Source: Tubiluchus corallicola
Taxonomy: Eukaryota; Animalia; Priapulida
Length of the DNA: 41,357 nucleotides
Assembly (NCBI GenBank): GCA_030141605.1
Contig: JAQGDQ010001434.1
Location: forward strand, 1 to 41,357
Direction of reading: 5' to 3'
Part shown: in pieces, positions 11,871-27,925 of the stretch
How positions within the stretch are numbered: the stretch's first letter is position 1
How the letters are laid out: every line of letters starts with the position of its first letter
The notes under the pieces: generated by a model
What the model saw: the letters and a program-made list of their open reading frames with translations, nothing else
Database searches by the model: none
Told to the model about the DNA's origin: nothing
Made by a program: the position numbers and the translations under genes

Positions 11871-12503
11871 GTGTCAAGTGCAACCGGAAACATCCAGTGG
11901 AAGCCAGCTTTCGTTGCAGTCACTGAAAGGGACATGCTCATTTACGACGTTGTCCCCTGGACGAAAGAAGAGTGGGCAACACCGTTCGTTAGCCACCCAC
12001 TGATAGCTACCCGGGTCACACAAGCGGGCGGACGCACCAGCTCGCACACCATACCAGGTGTTACAGATATTGTGACTTTCGGAACGCGCACGGGCACTCG
12101 TCAAGGTGTGGATTCACACGTGTTCCGTGTCGAAACGAGCCGAGACTTGGCCACGTGGACGAAAGTGATTGTCGAGAGCGCGTATAATTCTGCCGTGTCA
12201 GTAAAAGACATTACATGTGCTGCCACCTGGCGTGGCCAAGACTGTAGACTAAACATTAATTTTGAAAACGGGTTCAAACTCGAGGCCGCGAAAAAAGATG
12301 GGTCATCCGGTGACGTCATTTGGTCGTATCCATATGAAAAGTTGCGGATGTCTGCCGACGATGGGCAAAGGACCTTGTGGTTAGACTTCGGTGCTGATGA
12401 GGGCGAACAGGAACTGGATTTACACGGTTGCCCTAAACCTATTGTATTCGTGCTTCATACTTTCCTGTCCAACAAACTTCATAAATTGGGTTTGTTTGCA
12501 TAA
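11871..12503 (+). CDS. SNTB1: Syntrophin exon 3 (PH2 and syntrophin-unique domain, stop)
   Basis: acattttcag|GTG; QWKPAFVAVTERDMLIYD...YPYEKLRMSADDG...LDLHGCPKPIVFVLHTFLSNKLHKLGLFA*, a typical syntrophin C-terminus. Confidence 0.93.
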   Translation: MSSATGNIQWKPAFVAVTERDMLIYDVVPWTKEEWATPFVSHPLIATRVTQAGGRTSSHTIPGVTDIVTFGTRTGTRQGVDSHVFRVETSRDLATWTKVIVESAYNSAVSVKDITCAATWRGQDCRLNINFENGFKLEAAKKDGSSGDVIWSYPYEKLRMSADDGQRTLWLDFGADEGEQELDLHGCPKPIVFVLHTFLSNKLHKLGLFA

Positions 12504-13829
12504 GCAGGTTACTTCATACCATGTGATTTTATAATTAATCCAATCATACTTGGTAGATGTTATCATAATATAAATTTATCTCATTTATATAGTAAGATAT
12601 GTACGTGTGATAGAATATGTAAGATAGGTACATCAATCGCAAGACTTAAGGTTTATGATAGGCAGCATACACTAAAGGGCAAAATGTCTTCCAGCAGCAT
12701 TACAGCAATAGTCTACCTTACCAATAAGACAAGAGTATGTGGCAGTAACTAATCAGACTTCCTCATACTACAGTCTTTTATAGTGCTACACAAATGCTAA
12801 AAACTTAAATGCATTATAGTTTCATATATGATGGTACAACTTGTACATCATATAAATACATCATACAGTCTCGTATAGATAACAGACAATGTTTCTTATT
12901 AGAATGGTTAAAACGTCTTGTTAATATTAGTGGTTGCTGACATGTAGCAGTACCACTACAATAGCTTCATTACGACCGATAATGACCAAAATAGCCGACT
13001 GCTGACCAAACGAAGGTTCGCGAGTCGTTGGCGCCATGTTACTGATACTCCTCCGTAGAGTCAATATTTATTAGGTTCATAAATCATTCATCAGTGTCCA
13101 GAGAGCAGTTCTTCGTAGCCGAACGGACATTTGCATGAAAATCCAACGAGAGAAAAACGTCTAACGTTTAATGAATCAAAGGAGGTAAATCAAACCGCAA
13201 ACGTGTTTTCCAAATCGGCATGTAGTTGAAGCGATATGTAAATCATTACTGTCATGTTCAACGAATACGTGTAAATAGTTTAGCATGCATACTTATTGAG
13301 GAATGCTTAGAACACTGCTATAATTGCATACTTTCTTAAAGTCATACAGTTGAACGCACAACTCTTCGTTAATATAAGACAACTAAAAGGTTTCAGTGAG
13401 GGTTACAAAGTAGTGCCCCTGCACTGCTTCAAGTGATCTAGTGCAGTTTGTGCTTTGCCAGACTCATAAACGATAAACACATTCATATATCAAACTAAGA
13501 AAGCTATGAACTTTGAGCTATGCCATACTTTCGTACTGACATGAATATTACCCTATGTAATTGCAGTATCTAAATGTAAGCATGATAAGGATTTAGTACG
13601 GCACTAGCGCTTATTAAAGAATGCATTTTATAACTTAGCTAATGCATATAACAAGGCCTGTTACATTTTCTATTATCTGGTGTTTCTTAGATTTTCCTCT
13701 AGGTTTACCTACATAAGCAGTGAAATTAGTCATTTAAATAGTTTATTGGAAATAAAATCAAGTGAGAAAAACAATACTGATTGAACATTTATAATAGTGA
13801 AAGCTCTGACATACAAAGCTCACATTACT

Positions 13830-14330
13830 TCATTTCATTACTATCAGTATCATAATTCTCTACTTCCACCAGCTTTTCAGTCATACTTTAGTCCAGTTTC
13901 AAATCAACATGTTCATTACACAAGATATTCTGTCGGAAACTATGTACTCCCTCTTCCAAAAACAAATATAACGAAACAGTCATCAAAATATAATGCTATT
14001 AAAATATGGTCATCAATTCCGCGTGAAATGAAAACTCTTAATCTTTATCAATTTAAAAAAGCATCAAAGAATTACCTACTACAACGGTATCATTAACTCA
14101 CAATTTTACTCATCCTGATCTTAAGTTACTAACAAAACTTATTTTGTTCTAAGGTATGCTATAACTGATGAAAATGTAATGTTAATTGTCAATTGTTTCA
14201 CTTATCTGGAGGAAGACTCGAAAGATCACTGCTCCTTCCTCCTCCTCACAGTAACTCGCATAGTTTATTTTTTTTTCAATGTAATATCAACTTGTATGTA
14301 TGTTTGAGTTGCTGTGGAATAAATTCATAA
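13830..14330 (+). mobile_element. CR1/L2-group LINE, ORF2 C-terminus plus 3' UTR
   Basis: ORF 13797..14096 has H.HYTR...PKTNITKQSSKYNAIKIWSSIPREMK...FKKASKNYLL, the typical ORF2 end; AATAAA at ~14319. Confidence 0.75.
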
Positions 14331-15005
14331 TTCGATAATTGAAACATACACAGTGATTTGGTAGGATATTGAAACTCACTGCGGGGAGTTTATCTTGTTT
14401 TATCAAGTTGTAACTTCAAATTATACAGAACAAGATCATAAAATATATTGCTTGCCAGAACTGCAGTATACCACCTAGCGGGCTGAACCATAAAAACCAA
14501 AATAAAACCATCTTAACCGCTTTCGTGAATTCATGCTGGTGCCCCGGCGGAATTTCGTTGCGCCAAAGTCAAATGTTGAAAAACCCGCAAGATTTGATTG
14601 TCACTTAAATGCAGGTTGCTAATTTGAAACAGGATTTGGGAATGAGCGAAGTTTTTTCAACAGCAACCGTATTAGCTCAGTGAGTTTGTTTCGTTTTTGT
14701 AATTTGTCCACGTTATTTCTTAATTAATGTGAAATAATTAGTGCTAGTTTTAATTATATCCATAAGTGCCTTGGTTAGCTTTGTCCGTTTCTATGTTTAA
14801 TTGTTTATGATACCAATACTTGTTTTGTATTCAATTGTATAGCTGCAATAAATTGAATTATAGATATATATAAACGTGCAGTTGTAGCACAAATGTTTTT
14901 TTGTACACGTTTCAGAGTCAAATACAATAGTATAAAGTATGTATAATTAGTTTAGCTTAGGCTATTTTTGCATAAGTGCTCTGTAGTAGCACCTAAACTG
15001 TAGGT

Positions 15006-15505
15006 CAGGGGTGTGCAAATTATCTGACTAGCCGGGCCATATTAAACTTTCCCACAATTCCTGCGGGCCACAGGCAGTTTCATCAAGGAGCCAAGTACAG
15101 AAAGGCCTAATAACGATATTTTTGCATCCGACCTGCGTACATCATTACTACTACACTCAAGAAAGTATTTTAGAAGTTATTAAAATTTATATTACAAACC
15201 ATATATTTCTACTTTCAGAACAGATAGTGGTAATTTCATTACAATACATATCAGTAATGTGTATCACACAGTCAGTGTAGTACAGTGACATTAAGCTACA
15301 ACCGTCTTGTAAGGGTTAATGGCATCCGATCTAGTAGAAAAAACTACCCGCACTATCTTTGGGATCGTGGTATGGACTTCAGCTGGATACACTCAATTAA
15401 TCGCCCGGGCCGCACTTTCATTAGGTTGACAAATCTCTTTGCGGGCCACACAAATTCTCTCGGCAGGCCGCAAGTGGCCCGCGGGCTGCAATTTGCACAC
15501 CCCTG
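15006..15505. mobile_element. hAT (Charlie-like) MITE, 500 bp
   Basis: Perfect 16-bp TIR CAGGGGTGTGCAAATT / AATTTGCACACCCCTG; 8-bp TSD CTGTAGGT / CTTTAGGT (7/8); subterminal GCGGGCC motifs. Confidence 0.9.
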
Positions 15506-15852
15506 CTTTAGGTCCTAAACTTTCTAACCAATGTGCTGAATTAGAAATGACAGCAGGAATAGCCCAGATGACCTTGTAACCTTCATAAATTTGCTTAATT
15601 TTGCTTAACCTGCAACATTTTCTCAACTGCAGCTTTACCAATAACCACCCATCTAGATACTGCAGGCAGCAGCAGTGCTTAACTTTCTCGCACACACTGT
15701 TCATCTACATCCTAGTGAATTCAAAGTTCCATGCACAACTTTCCACGGAAAAAGGGTGAATTAGAATGTGTTAAAGATTTAACTCGAGATGTCTACATCA
15801 CAGAGAGCTGAGCTGAGCTCAGAAAAAAAACAGAATTTATGAAAACGTCAGT

Positions 15853-16860
15853 CCATGAACTATGAATTTATTTTCACACATCAAAATACAATATCATACA
15901 CATTAATAAACTTTAAATAAAATAATTTGAGTAGTGCGAGGTGAAACTTTAAATAAAATAATTTGAGTAGTGCGAGGTGAGTGTACGACCATACGGTCAT
16001 TAACACACTCATCTTATATAAATGAAAAAATGATTATAATTATGCATGCTGCTGTAGATAACTTAATGTAAATAAGGATGAAGTAAATGATGTAATAATT
16101 TGAGTAGTGCGAGGTGAGTGTACGACCATACGGTCATTAACACACTCACCTTACTTAAATGAAAAAATGATTATAGTTATGCATGCTTCTGTAGATAACT
16201 TAATGTAAATAAGGATGAAGTAAATGATGTAATAATTTGAGTAGTGCGAGGTGAGTGTACGACCATACGGTCATTAACACACTCACCTTACTTAAATGAA
16301 AAAAATCATTATAGTTATGCATGCTTCTGTAGATAACTTAATGTAAATAAGGATGAAGTAAATGATGTAATAATTTGAGTAGTGCGAGGTGAGTGTACGA
16401 CCATGCGGTCATTAACACACTCACCTGACTTAAATGAAAAAATGATTATAATTATGCATGCTGCTGTAGATAACTTAATGCAAATAAGGATGAAGTAAAT
16501 GATGTAATAATTTGAGTAGTGCGAGGTGAGTGTACGACCATACGGTCATTAACACACTCACCTTACTTAAATGAAAAAAATCATTATAGTTATGCATGCT
16601 TCTGTAGATAACTTAATGTAAAAAAGGATGAAGTAAATGATGTAATAATTTGAGTAGTGCGAGGTGAGTGTACGACCATACGGTCATTAACACACTCACC
16701 TTACTTAAATGAAAAAATGATTATAATTATGCATGCTTCTGTAGATAACTTAATGTAAATAAGGATGAAGTAAATGATGTAATAATAGCAATGGTATAAG
16801 AGCAATAAACCTGAAAGTTGAGAAAGGAAAACATAATATGTAATTACGATTTTGAGTGAG
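15853..16860 (-). mobile_element. LINE 3' end (family B) containing a 6x 137-138-bp tandem array (~15958-16786)
   Basis: Reverse complement of the single-unit copy at ~17720-17985; TGAGTAG recurs at 15964, 16101, 16238, 16376, 16513 and 16651. Confidence 0.85.
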
Positions 16861-16911
16861 CCTTGAAGAGTGAAAAAATTTTTTTTAAAATAGTTACGAA
16901 TATGAATTATG

Positions 16912-17076
16912 TGATTATCTGTCACTGCATTGGGATTTGAGCAGATGATCTCTGTGTGTCTTTGAGCTGTTGCTTACATTGTGTACTGAAATGTCACGAT
17001 TATCTGTCACTGCATTGGGCAGATGATCTCTGTGTGTCTTTGAGCTGTTGCTTACATTGTGTACTGAAATGTCACG
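16912..17076. repeat. Tandem duplication, ~80-85 bp x2
   Basis: ATTATCTGTCACTGCATTGG...GAAATGTCACG occurs twice; the second copy has a short deletion. Confidence 0.85.
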
Positions 17077-17416
17077 AAAACATACACTGACTCTCAATGT
17101 CAGAAATCTATTGATTTCAAATAAAAGAAATTCCGCAAGACAAAACCGACTTCTTTTCTACTAGATTAGCGATCGTGAAGTCTTGATATTGATCGCTGCG
17201 ACGAATGTTACGACCAATAATTTCGCGTCAGCAGCGTTTCATCTTCCAAATTCCTCAATGTCAACACGTCGTCGTAAGAGAAACACTAATAGGCATTGGC
17301 TGGATTTAATCAAATTTTTGTCTCGTTTCAACAGCCAATTTATAAGTGACAATTCGCTTAGTCATCCTTACGATTAATCACTGTCGATATTAATTTGATA
17401 CAGCAATGGGATGGTA

Positions 17417-18296
17417 CGTCATAAGTCATTTATTTCACATTACACATTTACAATAGTTTCATGTACAATATTTGAATAGTGAACCCAATACAATCATTTC
17501 CTTTCCTTCTTTACAAATAGCTACCAAACAATATAAGATATTTTACTTAGTAAATTTTCATTGGCACAGAAAACCAGAGCTTTTTTCTCTTTTTTGTGCA
17601 CGTGTGTCTTTTTGCACTAATGTTTTTCTTTTACTAATAGGTAGCATTACGACCTTTGTTACTTTATTAATAAAAGGCATAAATCAATTTAAATGAAATT
17701 ATTCATTCATCGCAGCCTATATCAAAATCGTAATTACATATTATGTTTTCCTTATGTTTCCTTGCTATTGTTACGTCATTTACTTTATTACATCAATTAC
17801 ATTAAGTTATCTACAAAAGCACGCATAACTTTAATAATTTTTTCTTTTTCATTCAAGTAAGGTGAGTGTGTTAATGACCGTATGGTCGTACACTCACCTC
17901 ACACTACTCAAATCATTTTATTTATTGTTTATTTATGTGCACAATATTGTATATTGATGTGTGAAATAAAATTCATAGTTCATAGTGAAAGGGCCTACAA
18001 TGAACGTAATACAAATAAGTTTTTATTGTTTCTGCACAGGAAAAGCCTCAAACACTGTTCACTTATACACGAAGGTAAATGTGTTGCGGGCAATCAAAAA
18101 GCAGGGCTTGTTAGACTGTCCCACACAGTGATAGAAAAAAAGTAATGGAAATAATCTGAAGATTTGAAGTGAATGTTATGATAAAAAAACATTTAGTGCT
18201 TAAAATGGAATGATGTAATGAATGAAGCTCATATATGAGATGATATAAAAGATAGAAAGACTATTATTTGTTAATAGTATGTAAAATTAAGATAAC
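17417..18296 (-). mobile_element. Retroelement 3' end (family A), split into 17417-17455 and 17983-18296
   Basis: Together the two pieces are the reverse complement of 30750-31101. Confidence 0.75.
17458..17985 (+). mobile_element. LINE 3' end (family B) with stem-loop and (TTCATAG)n tail, inserted into a family A copy
   Basis: Ends AATAAAATTCATAGTTCATAG; QYLNSEPNTIISFPSLQIATKQYKIFYL resembles a decayed ORF2 C-terminus; the flanks are two halves of element A. Confidence 0.7.
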
Positions 18297-20033
18297 ACGA
18301 CTGTTTTGCCACTACTGTGAGGATGGATACTGATAGAAATTTTGATTACTCACTGATACTTACTTAAAATTTGATTTTTTAGCAGTTTTTTAAATCTAGT
18401 AAATATTCTAATCGTACAATAATTTCAGTCATTGCTGGGGTCTACTAGAACACGAACCAACGCAAAAATTTCCTTATTAATTTAAAAGAAAACAGGATCA
18501 TTTTTCATATACTACCCTCCGTTTTCAAGTCCGATAAAAGTGTACATTTTTAAACACAATTATTACTGCAAAAACGTTTCTGATGATTAAATAATAGATC
18601 TACTTCCGTTTACAGCAGATCTACTTCCGTTCCGTTTTCAAATAACGAATAATAGCCAGTTTATTGGTGTTTTCGCCTCACGGCTCGAACACCTAACCCT
18701 TTGGTGTGTCAGTGCCCTTTAATAACTTTCTGTCGCCACAGTAATTAAGTCTTGACTTCGATTGTTAATAAATGTTCGTCGGAAGCCATATTCGACGACT
18801 TCATTGGCCTAGCACGTTCGACACACTGTGCTGAACCTGGTTTCAATTTCTAGAACAGGTAAAACTGGATGACCTTGTCTTTTAACACGACGATTTATTG
18901 GCTAGATAGTCTGTTCAGTTGAGCGTATGACCAATCACTTACTTTCTTGTAAAGGAGATCTAGGACAGGTATAAGGTGGGACCCCTTCCCAGAGCTAACT
19001 AGGTGCATGCTCAAATATCTACAGTCACAATTTGCTTTATTGTAGTAGATAAATTCGCTTAATGAGTAATTAACTAATGACTCATTCAATTAACATAAGT
19101 AATTAACTAAATTAAGCTATTAATGCAACCTAAGTATAGGACATACACAAAATCATACTAGAATACAGTTCAACTATATTCGAAGGGGTTGCAATGCTAT
19201 TCGGTAGTTCTTATATTCCAGACTGACGCCACAACTTCCTAACTGTTCCTTACTTCCTACAAGATACAACAATAAGCACAAGTTAGTGCTATGTAAAATG
19301 CATAGCGCGCAAATCAACACTTGATCCAGTTTACCGGATGGCAACAACTGCATTGTTTGACAGTAAGCCCTATATGCAAGGCATAGATTTTTGCAGTAAA
19401 TGTAATAAAAAATTTCAAGTTCTTACACTGCATACAATTGCAAGCTAAACGAATTCGCGTTGTTGACATTACTTAACATGTGAACGAGTCCTTGGGGGTG
19501 TAGTCTTTTCAACGGATCTTGCATAATGTAAACCTATTGCTTGAAACTTACGTCCAGCCTCTATGCAAATAAAACTCGATAGAGAACAAATCCCCGTGTT
19601 TTTGAGTGAAACGCTTAGCAAATGTGTTTACTACTAATCCCTTGTGAGCAGAAACTGGATTCAGACAAAATGTTGCTGCATATTTACATAAGAGGGCGCC
19701 ACTATGATTGAGAAGGTCGACGCCATACGCCTTTCGTAATCCCAGAACTCTCAACTTGTAGTTTGCACTAAACACAAAAAGCAATTTCCTTCTCCGCACA
19801 CCCCCTCTTCGTGAAATCGTTTAGCCCAGAAGCCAAGAGAAGCCAGTGTCGCAACAAATACAATTACTGAGCCCTTAATCCGCAGATGAGCTATAAATTG
19901 ATTTACCAATACAGATTCTTGTTCAGCACCGGCGGCGAAACAAAACATGCGATGTACGACAATGATACTGTAAATAATTTATTTGGTACTTTTTCCGATG
20001 TAATGACTGATTCGAGAAACACAATATAATAAC

Positions 20034-20745
20034 ACAACAATCATACAACTAACACGACACTGTACAACAATCATACAACTAACACGACACTGTACAACAA
20101 TCATACAACTAACACGACACTGTACAACAATCATACAACTAACACGACACTGTACAACAATCATACAACTAACACGACACTGTACAACAATCATACAACT
20201 AACACGACACTGTACAACAATCATACAACTAACACGACACTGTACAACAATCATACAACTAACACGACACTGTACAACAATCATACAACTAACACGACAC
20301 TGTACAACAATCATACAACTAACACGACACTGTACAACAATCATACAACTAACACGACACTGTACAACAATCATACAACTAACACGACACTGTACAACAA
20401 TCACACAACTAACACGACACTGTACAACAATCATACAACTAACACGACACTGTACAACAATCATACAACTAACACGACACTGTACAACAATCATACAACT
20501 AACACGACACTGTACAAAAATCATACAACTAACACGACACTGTACAAAAATCATACAACTAACACGACACTGTACAAAAATCATACAACTAACACGACAC
20601 TGTACAAAAATCATACAACTAACACGACACTGTACAAAAATCATACAACTAACACGACACTGTACAAAACTCATACAACTAACACGACACTGTACAAAAA
20701 TCATACAACTAACACGACACTGTACAAAAATCATACAACTAACAC
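20034..20745. repeat. 30-bp minisatellite, ~23-24 copies
   Basis: Unit TCATACAACTAACACGACACTGTACAA(C/A)AA. Confidence 0.95.
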
Positions 20746-20751
20746 AACTAA

Positions 20752-21745
<994 letters not shown>

Positions 21746-22010
21746 CTTATTGCACACGAATACTACCAATGCATACGTATACTAGCTGCTGCACGCACGC
21801 ACTGCCCACAGCATACGCATACTGTCCACGGCATGTAGTGCCTTGGTACAATTTACACCCTCAGTAAACGTTCCACGTATTATAAAAATCCATTTAACTC
21901 AAGCTATGAAGGTTTAGCCTATTTCTTAAAGCCTTCTTATAGCAAAGCCGTCAGTCAGTTGCGCCCAAATCTGTCGGAAACATTAGACTAACTATTTCAT
22001 TTTAAACACG

Positions 22011-23520
<1,510 letters not shown>

Positions 23521-23522
23521 GC

Positions 23523-24082
<560 letters not shown>

Positions 24083-24288
24083 TATATATATATATATTTA
24101 TAATATATAGAGAGAATCTCTGAACGCAAGTTCGAGGACTCGGAGGCGGTCAGCGATTTTCAAAATTCTTCAGTCAGGATTGGCAAGGGAATTGTGAAGC
24201 CAAATGACCTCATTTCATTAGAAAACATATCCGAGGAGCCAGTAAGAATACCGTGTAGTGCAAATAATCCATCAACACGTGATTGCCC

Positions 24289-24600
24289 AAGTAAGCAAGT
24301 AAGTATATAAGCAAGCAAGTAAGTAAGTAAATAAGTAAAGTAAGTAAGTAAATAAGTAAAGTAAGTAAGTAAGCAAGCAAGCAAGTAAGTAAGTAAATAA
24401 GTAAAGTAAATAAGTAAGTAAGTAAGTTTATTAGTTTATCATCATTTTTATAACAAAATACATAACTAAGTGATTTATAAATCTGTACAACATACAATAA
24501 TATTACAAAGTGCAAAAGTAATTATTGATTAGTGGTGAAAGGGTGGCGAAAGAACTATAAGTTATCGAGGTCAGCCACCCTCTCAGAATTGTTACTAATA
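24289..24600 (-). mobile_element. Retroelement 3' end with expanded (TTAC)n tail and GGGTGGC...GCCACCC stem
   Basis: (AAGT)n at 24289-24426 abuts TTTATT; inverted repeat at 24541-24580. Confidence 0.55.
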
Positions 24601-25244
24601 TAATTAATCAGTTAATGCGCATGTACCAGGTAATTAAAAATTATCAGATTTTGCATTTAAGACGAATGAAAATTGAATTATTTTACGAATGTGTTAATTT
24701 ATAATAAAATAATGTTCAATAATGGGAAAGAAGAGACACACGTGACTATCTTTAAATAATAATTTAACCTTTACGTATTTAAAATTAATATTATGAGAAC
24801 CTAGAGCCAAAGGAAGAAGAAAAAGGATACAGGGAGGCACATAGTCACACGTTTTGTTACACAAAGCTCTTAATTTGTTATGAAGTAACAATTAATATTA
24901 ATTCTCTTACTTAGAAGTAACGCTTAAGCAGCATTACAATGCTTCAAATGCAATAAACAGCAGCATGTTACGTATTCAGCGGCTGCCTTTCCAAAAACAG
25001 CTACACGTGCTGCCACCTCGCGCACAAAAATGTCGAAAAACACATTGTGTTCATTGCTGAACGCAACAAAATCAATTTATTACATATACGCTGACTATTA
25101 AACTTCAAAGTTATACGAAAAATGTTATTGATTGATTGGTATTTGACTGAATAAGTTACAGGTTATGTCTATAAGTTCATATCCTACTGCAAAACGTGAT
25201 AGACTTTCTAGAGGTTATTTATAATCTAAATTTCGTGATCATTC

Positions 25245-25692
25245 ATTAACGATACATTCCACCATGAAATACGGCAACAAATACGGCAACAATTCTATCA
25301 CTAAACAAGGAGTTCAACTTTGGAATACCCCCTGCCATCAAATTTAAAACAAATCAAGTCTTTCGACGAATTCAATTCAAAATTAAAAATACATACATTA
25401 AATCGTTTTGAAAACCCAACATACGTAAACGATAATATATATTCATACGCAAATTTTATTTACCCACGTCCATTTTAAATTATATGTATATATTGTATAT
25501 AGTCTATTATAATTTGCGTGTAATATTATAATGTATATTTTGTTTTAAATTTTTGGCACAGTTGTTTTTAGTTTGCACTGGACGCATTTGCCTTTAACAG
25601 TTGTGTGAATTTTATTCTCATGCTGCGATGTTCTTTTATGCTTTTATAGTTATGAATATCGATTTTTTATGGCAAATAAAGATTATTATTAT
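25245..25692 (+). mobile_element. Decayed CR1/L2-type LINE 3' fragment
   Basis: Frameshifted YGNNSITKQGVQLWNT/LPSNLKQIKSFDEFNSKLK, then AATAAAG(ATT)n. Confidence 0.6.
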
Positions 25693-25909
25693 ATATATAG
25701 ACTCGATTATTTTGATTAAAATAAGCATTAGCAAAAATGTAAGAAATAGATTAAAATCACAATAAATCAGTGAAATATTCTAAGCAATTGATTAGAGCAA
25801 CTTGACTTACATTGTGACAACAAATGATCCCTCAACCTATACTTCCTCAACCTCAACATTGCAACTATATGAAGGTAATGCTAACTGAAGCTGATTAATG
25901 CATTAGGGG

Positions 25910-27427
25910 CAGTGAAGTGCCGATGTGGGAACCTGTGTTCCGCTCCGATACCGATTATTTTTACTTATCGGCGTTGGCCGATCCGATCTCAGATCCGACA
26001 TCAGACCTAAGCTGATATGATGGTATTATAACTGCTGTAACAGTAACTGCAGTTTATGTTGTGATTGCGTGAAGTCAAAATAAAACGTAATTACGACATT
26101 AGCTTGAGAATAAGATGACTTATTGACTTCTTCTAGTGTTATATGTAACATTTTGGATATGATATGTCTGCTGTCATTTGCTTATTTACATTGATCAATT
26201 TATGTTGTATAATTTTTGACTCATTTTGCCACTAGATGGCAGTTACTTTCTTATCCTGAGTTTTTATTTAAGCTAAGTGAAGGCAGATCCATGTTTAATT
26301 TAGTTAATAGGGGTAGCCCAAGCCTTTATTTTCCTTTGTACAAACTAACTGTTAGTGATTGAATTACAGAATGGATGGTCATCATGGATGAATGTTCTAT
26401 ACGTTGAAACCAAGATATATGTTTTCTCGTATAAACTTCACTTGTTTTGTACACCTGTATATTTCTCATAAATTGTAATTCTGATTAGAAAACCGTTTTG
26501 TCAGTGTATTAAAGCTTTATTTTGTTAACATACAACAAATTTCACTGTTATCTACATCCTTTAAATTTCATGATGTGAACGCAGCTTTAATTTCAATAAA
26601 GCTAAGAAGTGTTGATTTCTGTATAGTAATTATTTACTGTTTGGAGTTAATTTACATTTGGTGATTGGACATTGATGTTATATACAGCAATCACTAGGCT
26701 GCCTATTAACAATTAATCAGGTAACGATCTCCGCAGAGTTTGAACAATTTACAGATTTTGTTTGAAGTCCTTAGATCAAAATTCTGTCATGTTACATTAT
26801 GACATCATAATGTCATATGACATTTTTGTCCTTGTGTAAAATGCTAATTGTTTATTAGTTTTGTATTGATATCTACTGTTAATTATTAATACCTTTAAGC
26901 TCAGCTTCGTATAATTTACTCAACGACATATTTCACTCCCGATAAGCAATTGGGTTTTCAAACGCGATGAAAAAATTAACCAGTGACGATGTTTCTTGTA
27001 AAATTGCAGAGACATTGCGAAAGAAACATGTAATAGATTTGTAACGACGCTGAGCTTTGAGTTGAAAATGTTTGCATATTACGCGTACGAAACACCAGCT
27101 TTAGTTAAACTTCCACGTTTTGCGGCTCAGCCGACACTTAAAAATGGCGACACTCGTACGTAAAATGAAAATGAAATAGAATTTTTGAAGAAACTGCTCA
27201 GATCAATGAGCGATTAATAAAAGTGTTTATTACGATCGCATTCATTAGGCATTAACAACAAAAGGCCCAATCATAGTTTATTTCAGCTGTTATCGAAGTG
27301 AAACTTTTAACATCAGCGTAACTATTGCCGATTATTAAGGCATTATCGGCCCCGATCTCCGATCTGTTCCGACATGCTAGCGTGCTGACCGATCTCCGAT
27401 TTTATATACCGGATGGGCACATCCCTG
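25910..27427. mobile_element. Non-autonomous hAT-like DNA transposon, ~1.5 kb
   Basis: Imperfect TIR CAGTGAAGTGCCGAT vs CAGGGATGTGCCCAT (12/15); 8-bp flanks ATTAGGGG / GTTAGGGT (6/8); clustered CCGAT subterminal repeats at both ends. Confidence 0.65.
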
Positions 27428-27548
27428 GTTAGGGTTAGAACAGAAATGGGCAGGGCTAGGACGATCTCTTCACAAATAGTTCAAGTTTGCTCGGAGAACA
27501 AGAGACCAGCGTATCAGTTAGATGAAATAAGTATCAAAATGAACTCAC

Positions 27549-27758
27549 CTGTTCCATTTTCCGACCAGGATGCCGGAGAGGAACTCAACTCGAATCCCGT
27601 GCTCGTGTGGGTGCGCTGTAACGACCGAAATCCGTTCAGGGTTCGCCTGGCCGGAGTTCGGGGCGGAATTTCGGGCGGGTGCTCGATGTCCGAGTGCGAA
27701 GAACTGGACATACGATCGATTCCACTACCACTGCTGTTGTTGGTCGGCGTTGTATGAA
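27549..27758 (-). CDS. SH2B1: SH2B/Lnk Ser/Pro-rich linker exon (210 nt, phase 1-1)
   Basis: cattttgcag|TT...ACAG|gtgagt; GC-rich island in AT-rich DNA; HTTPTNNSSGSGIDRMSSSSHSDIEHPPEIPPRTPARR...SENGT. Overlaps ORF 27514..27711. Confidence 0.82.
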
Positions 27759-27925
27759 CTGCAAAATGAATTCAATCATTAAAAAAGACGAAAGGGGGAA
27801 AGGGGAAGAAAGGGGTTCACACATTTATGTAAGTTAATTGTTTTCTAGTGGTAAAAGAACAAAATCAGCAGTACCAGAGTGAAAAGTCACATCATATGTC
27901 GTGATTACTAAACGATATTCAAGCC

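Larger units (their letters stand above)
2976..12503 (+). other. SNTB1: Syntrophin gene (alpha/beta type, beta-1-syntrophin-like), complete 3-exon CDS, 1491 nt / 496 aa
   Basis: Exons of 677+181+633 nt join in frame and give the split PH1 / PDZ / PH2 / syntrophin-unique domain order. Confidence 0.92.

Noticed and set aside
15958-16786. CRISPR-like array of palindromic repeats
   Set aside because: The sequences between hairpins are also repeated (no unique spacers), there are no cas genes, and the context is eukaryotic.
19552-19967. Possible extra minus-strand SH2B exon (AG acceptor and GTAAG donor present)
   Set aside because: All three frames contain stops between the sites, and no recognisable protein motif is present.
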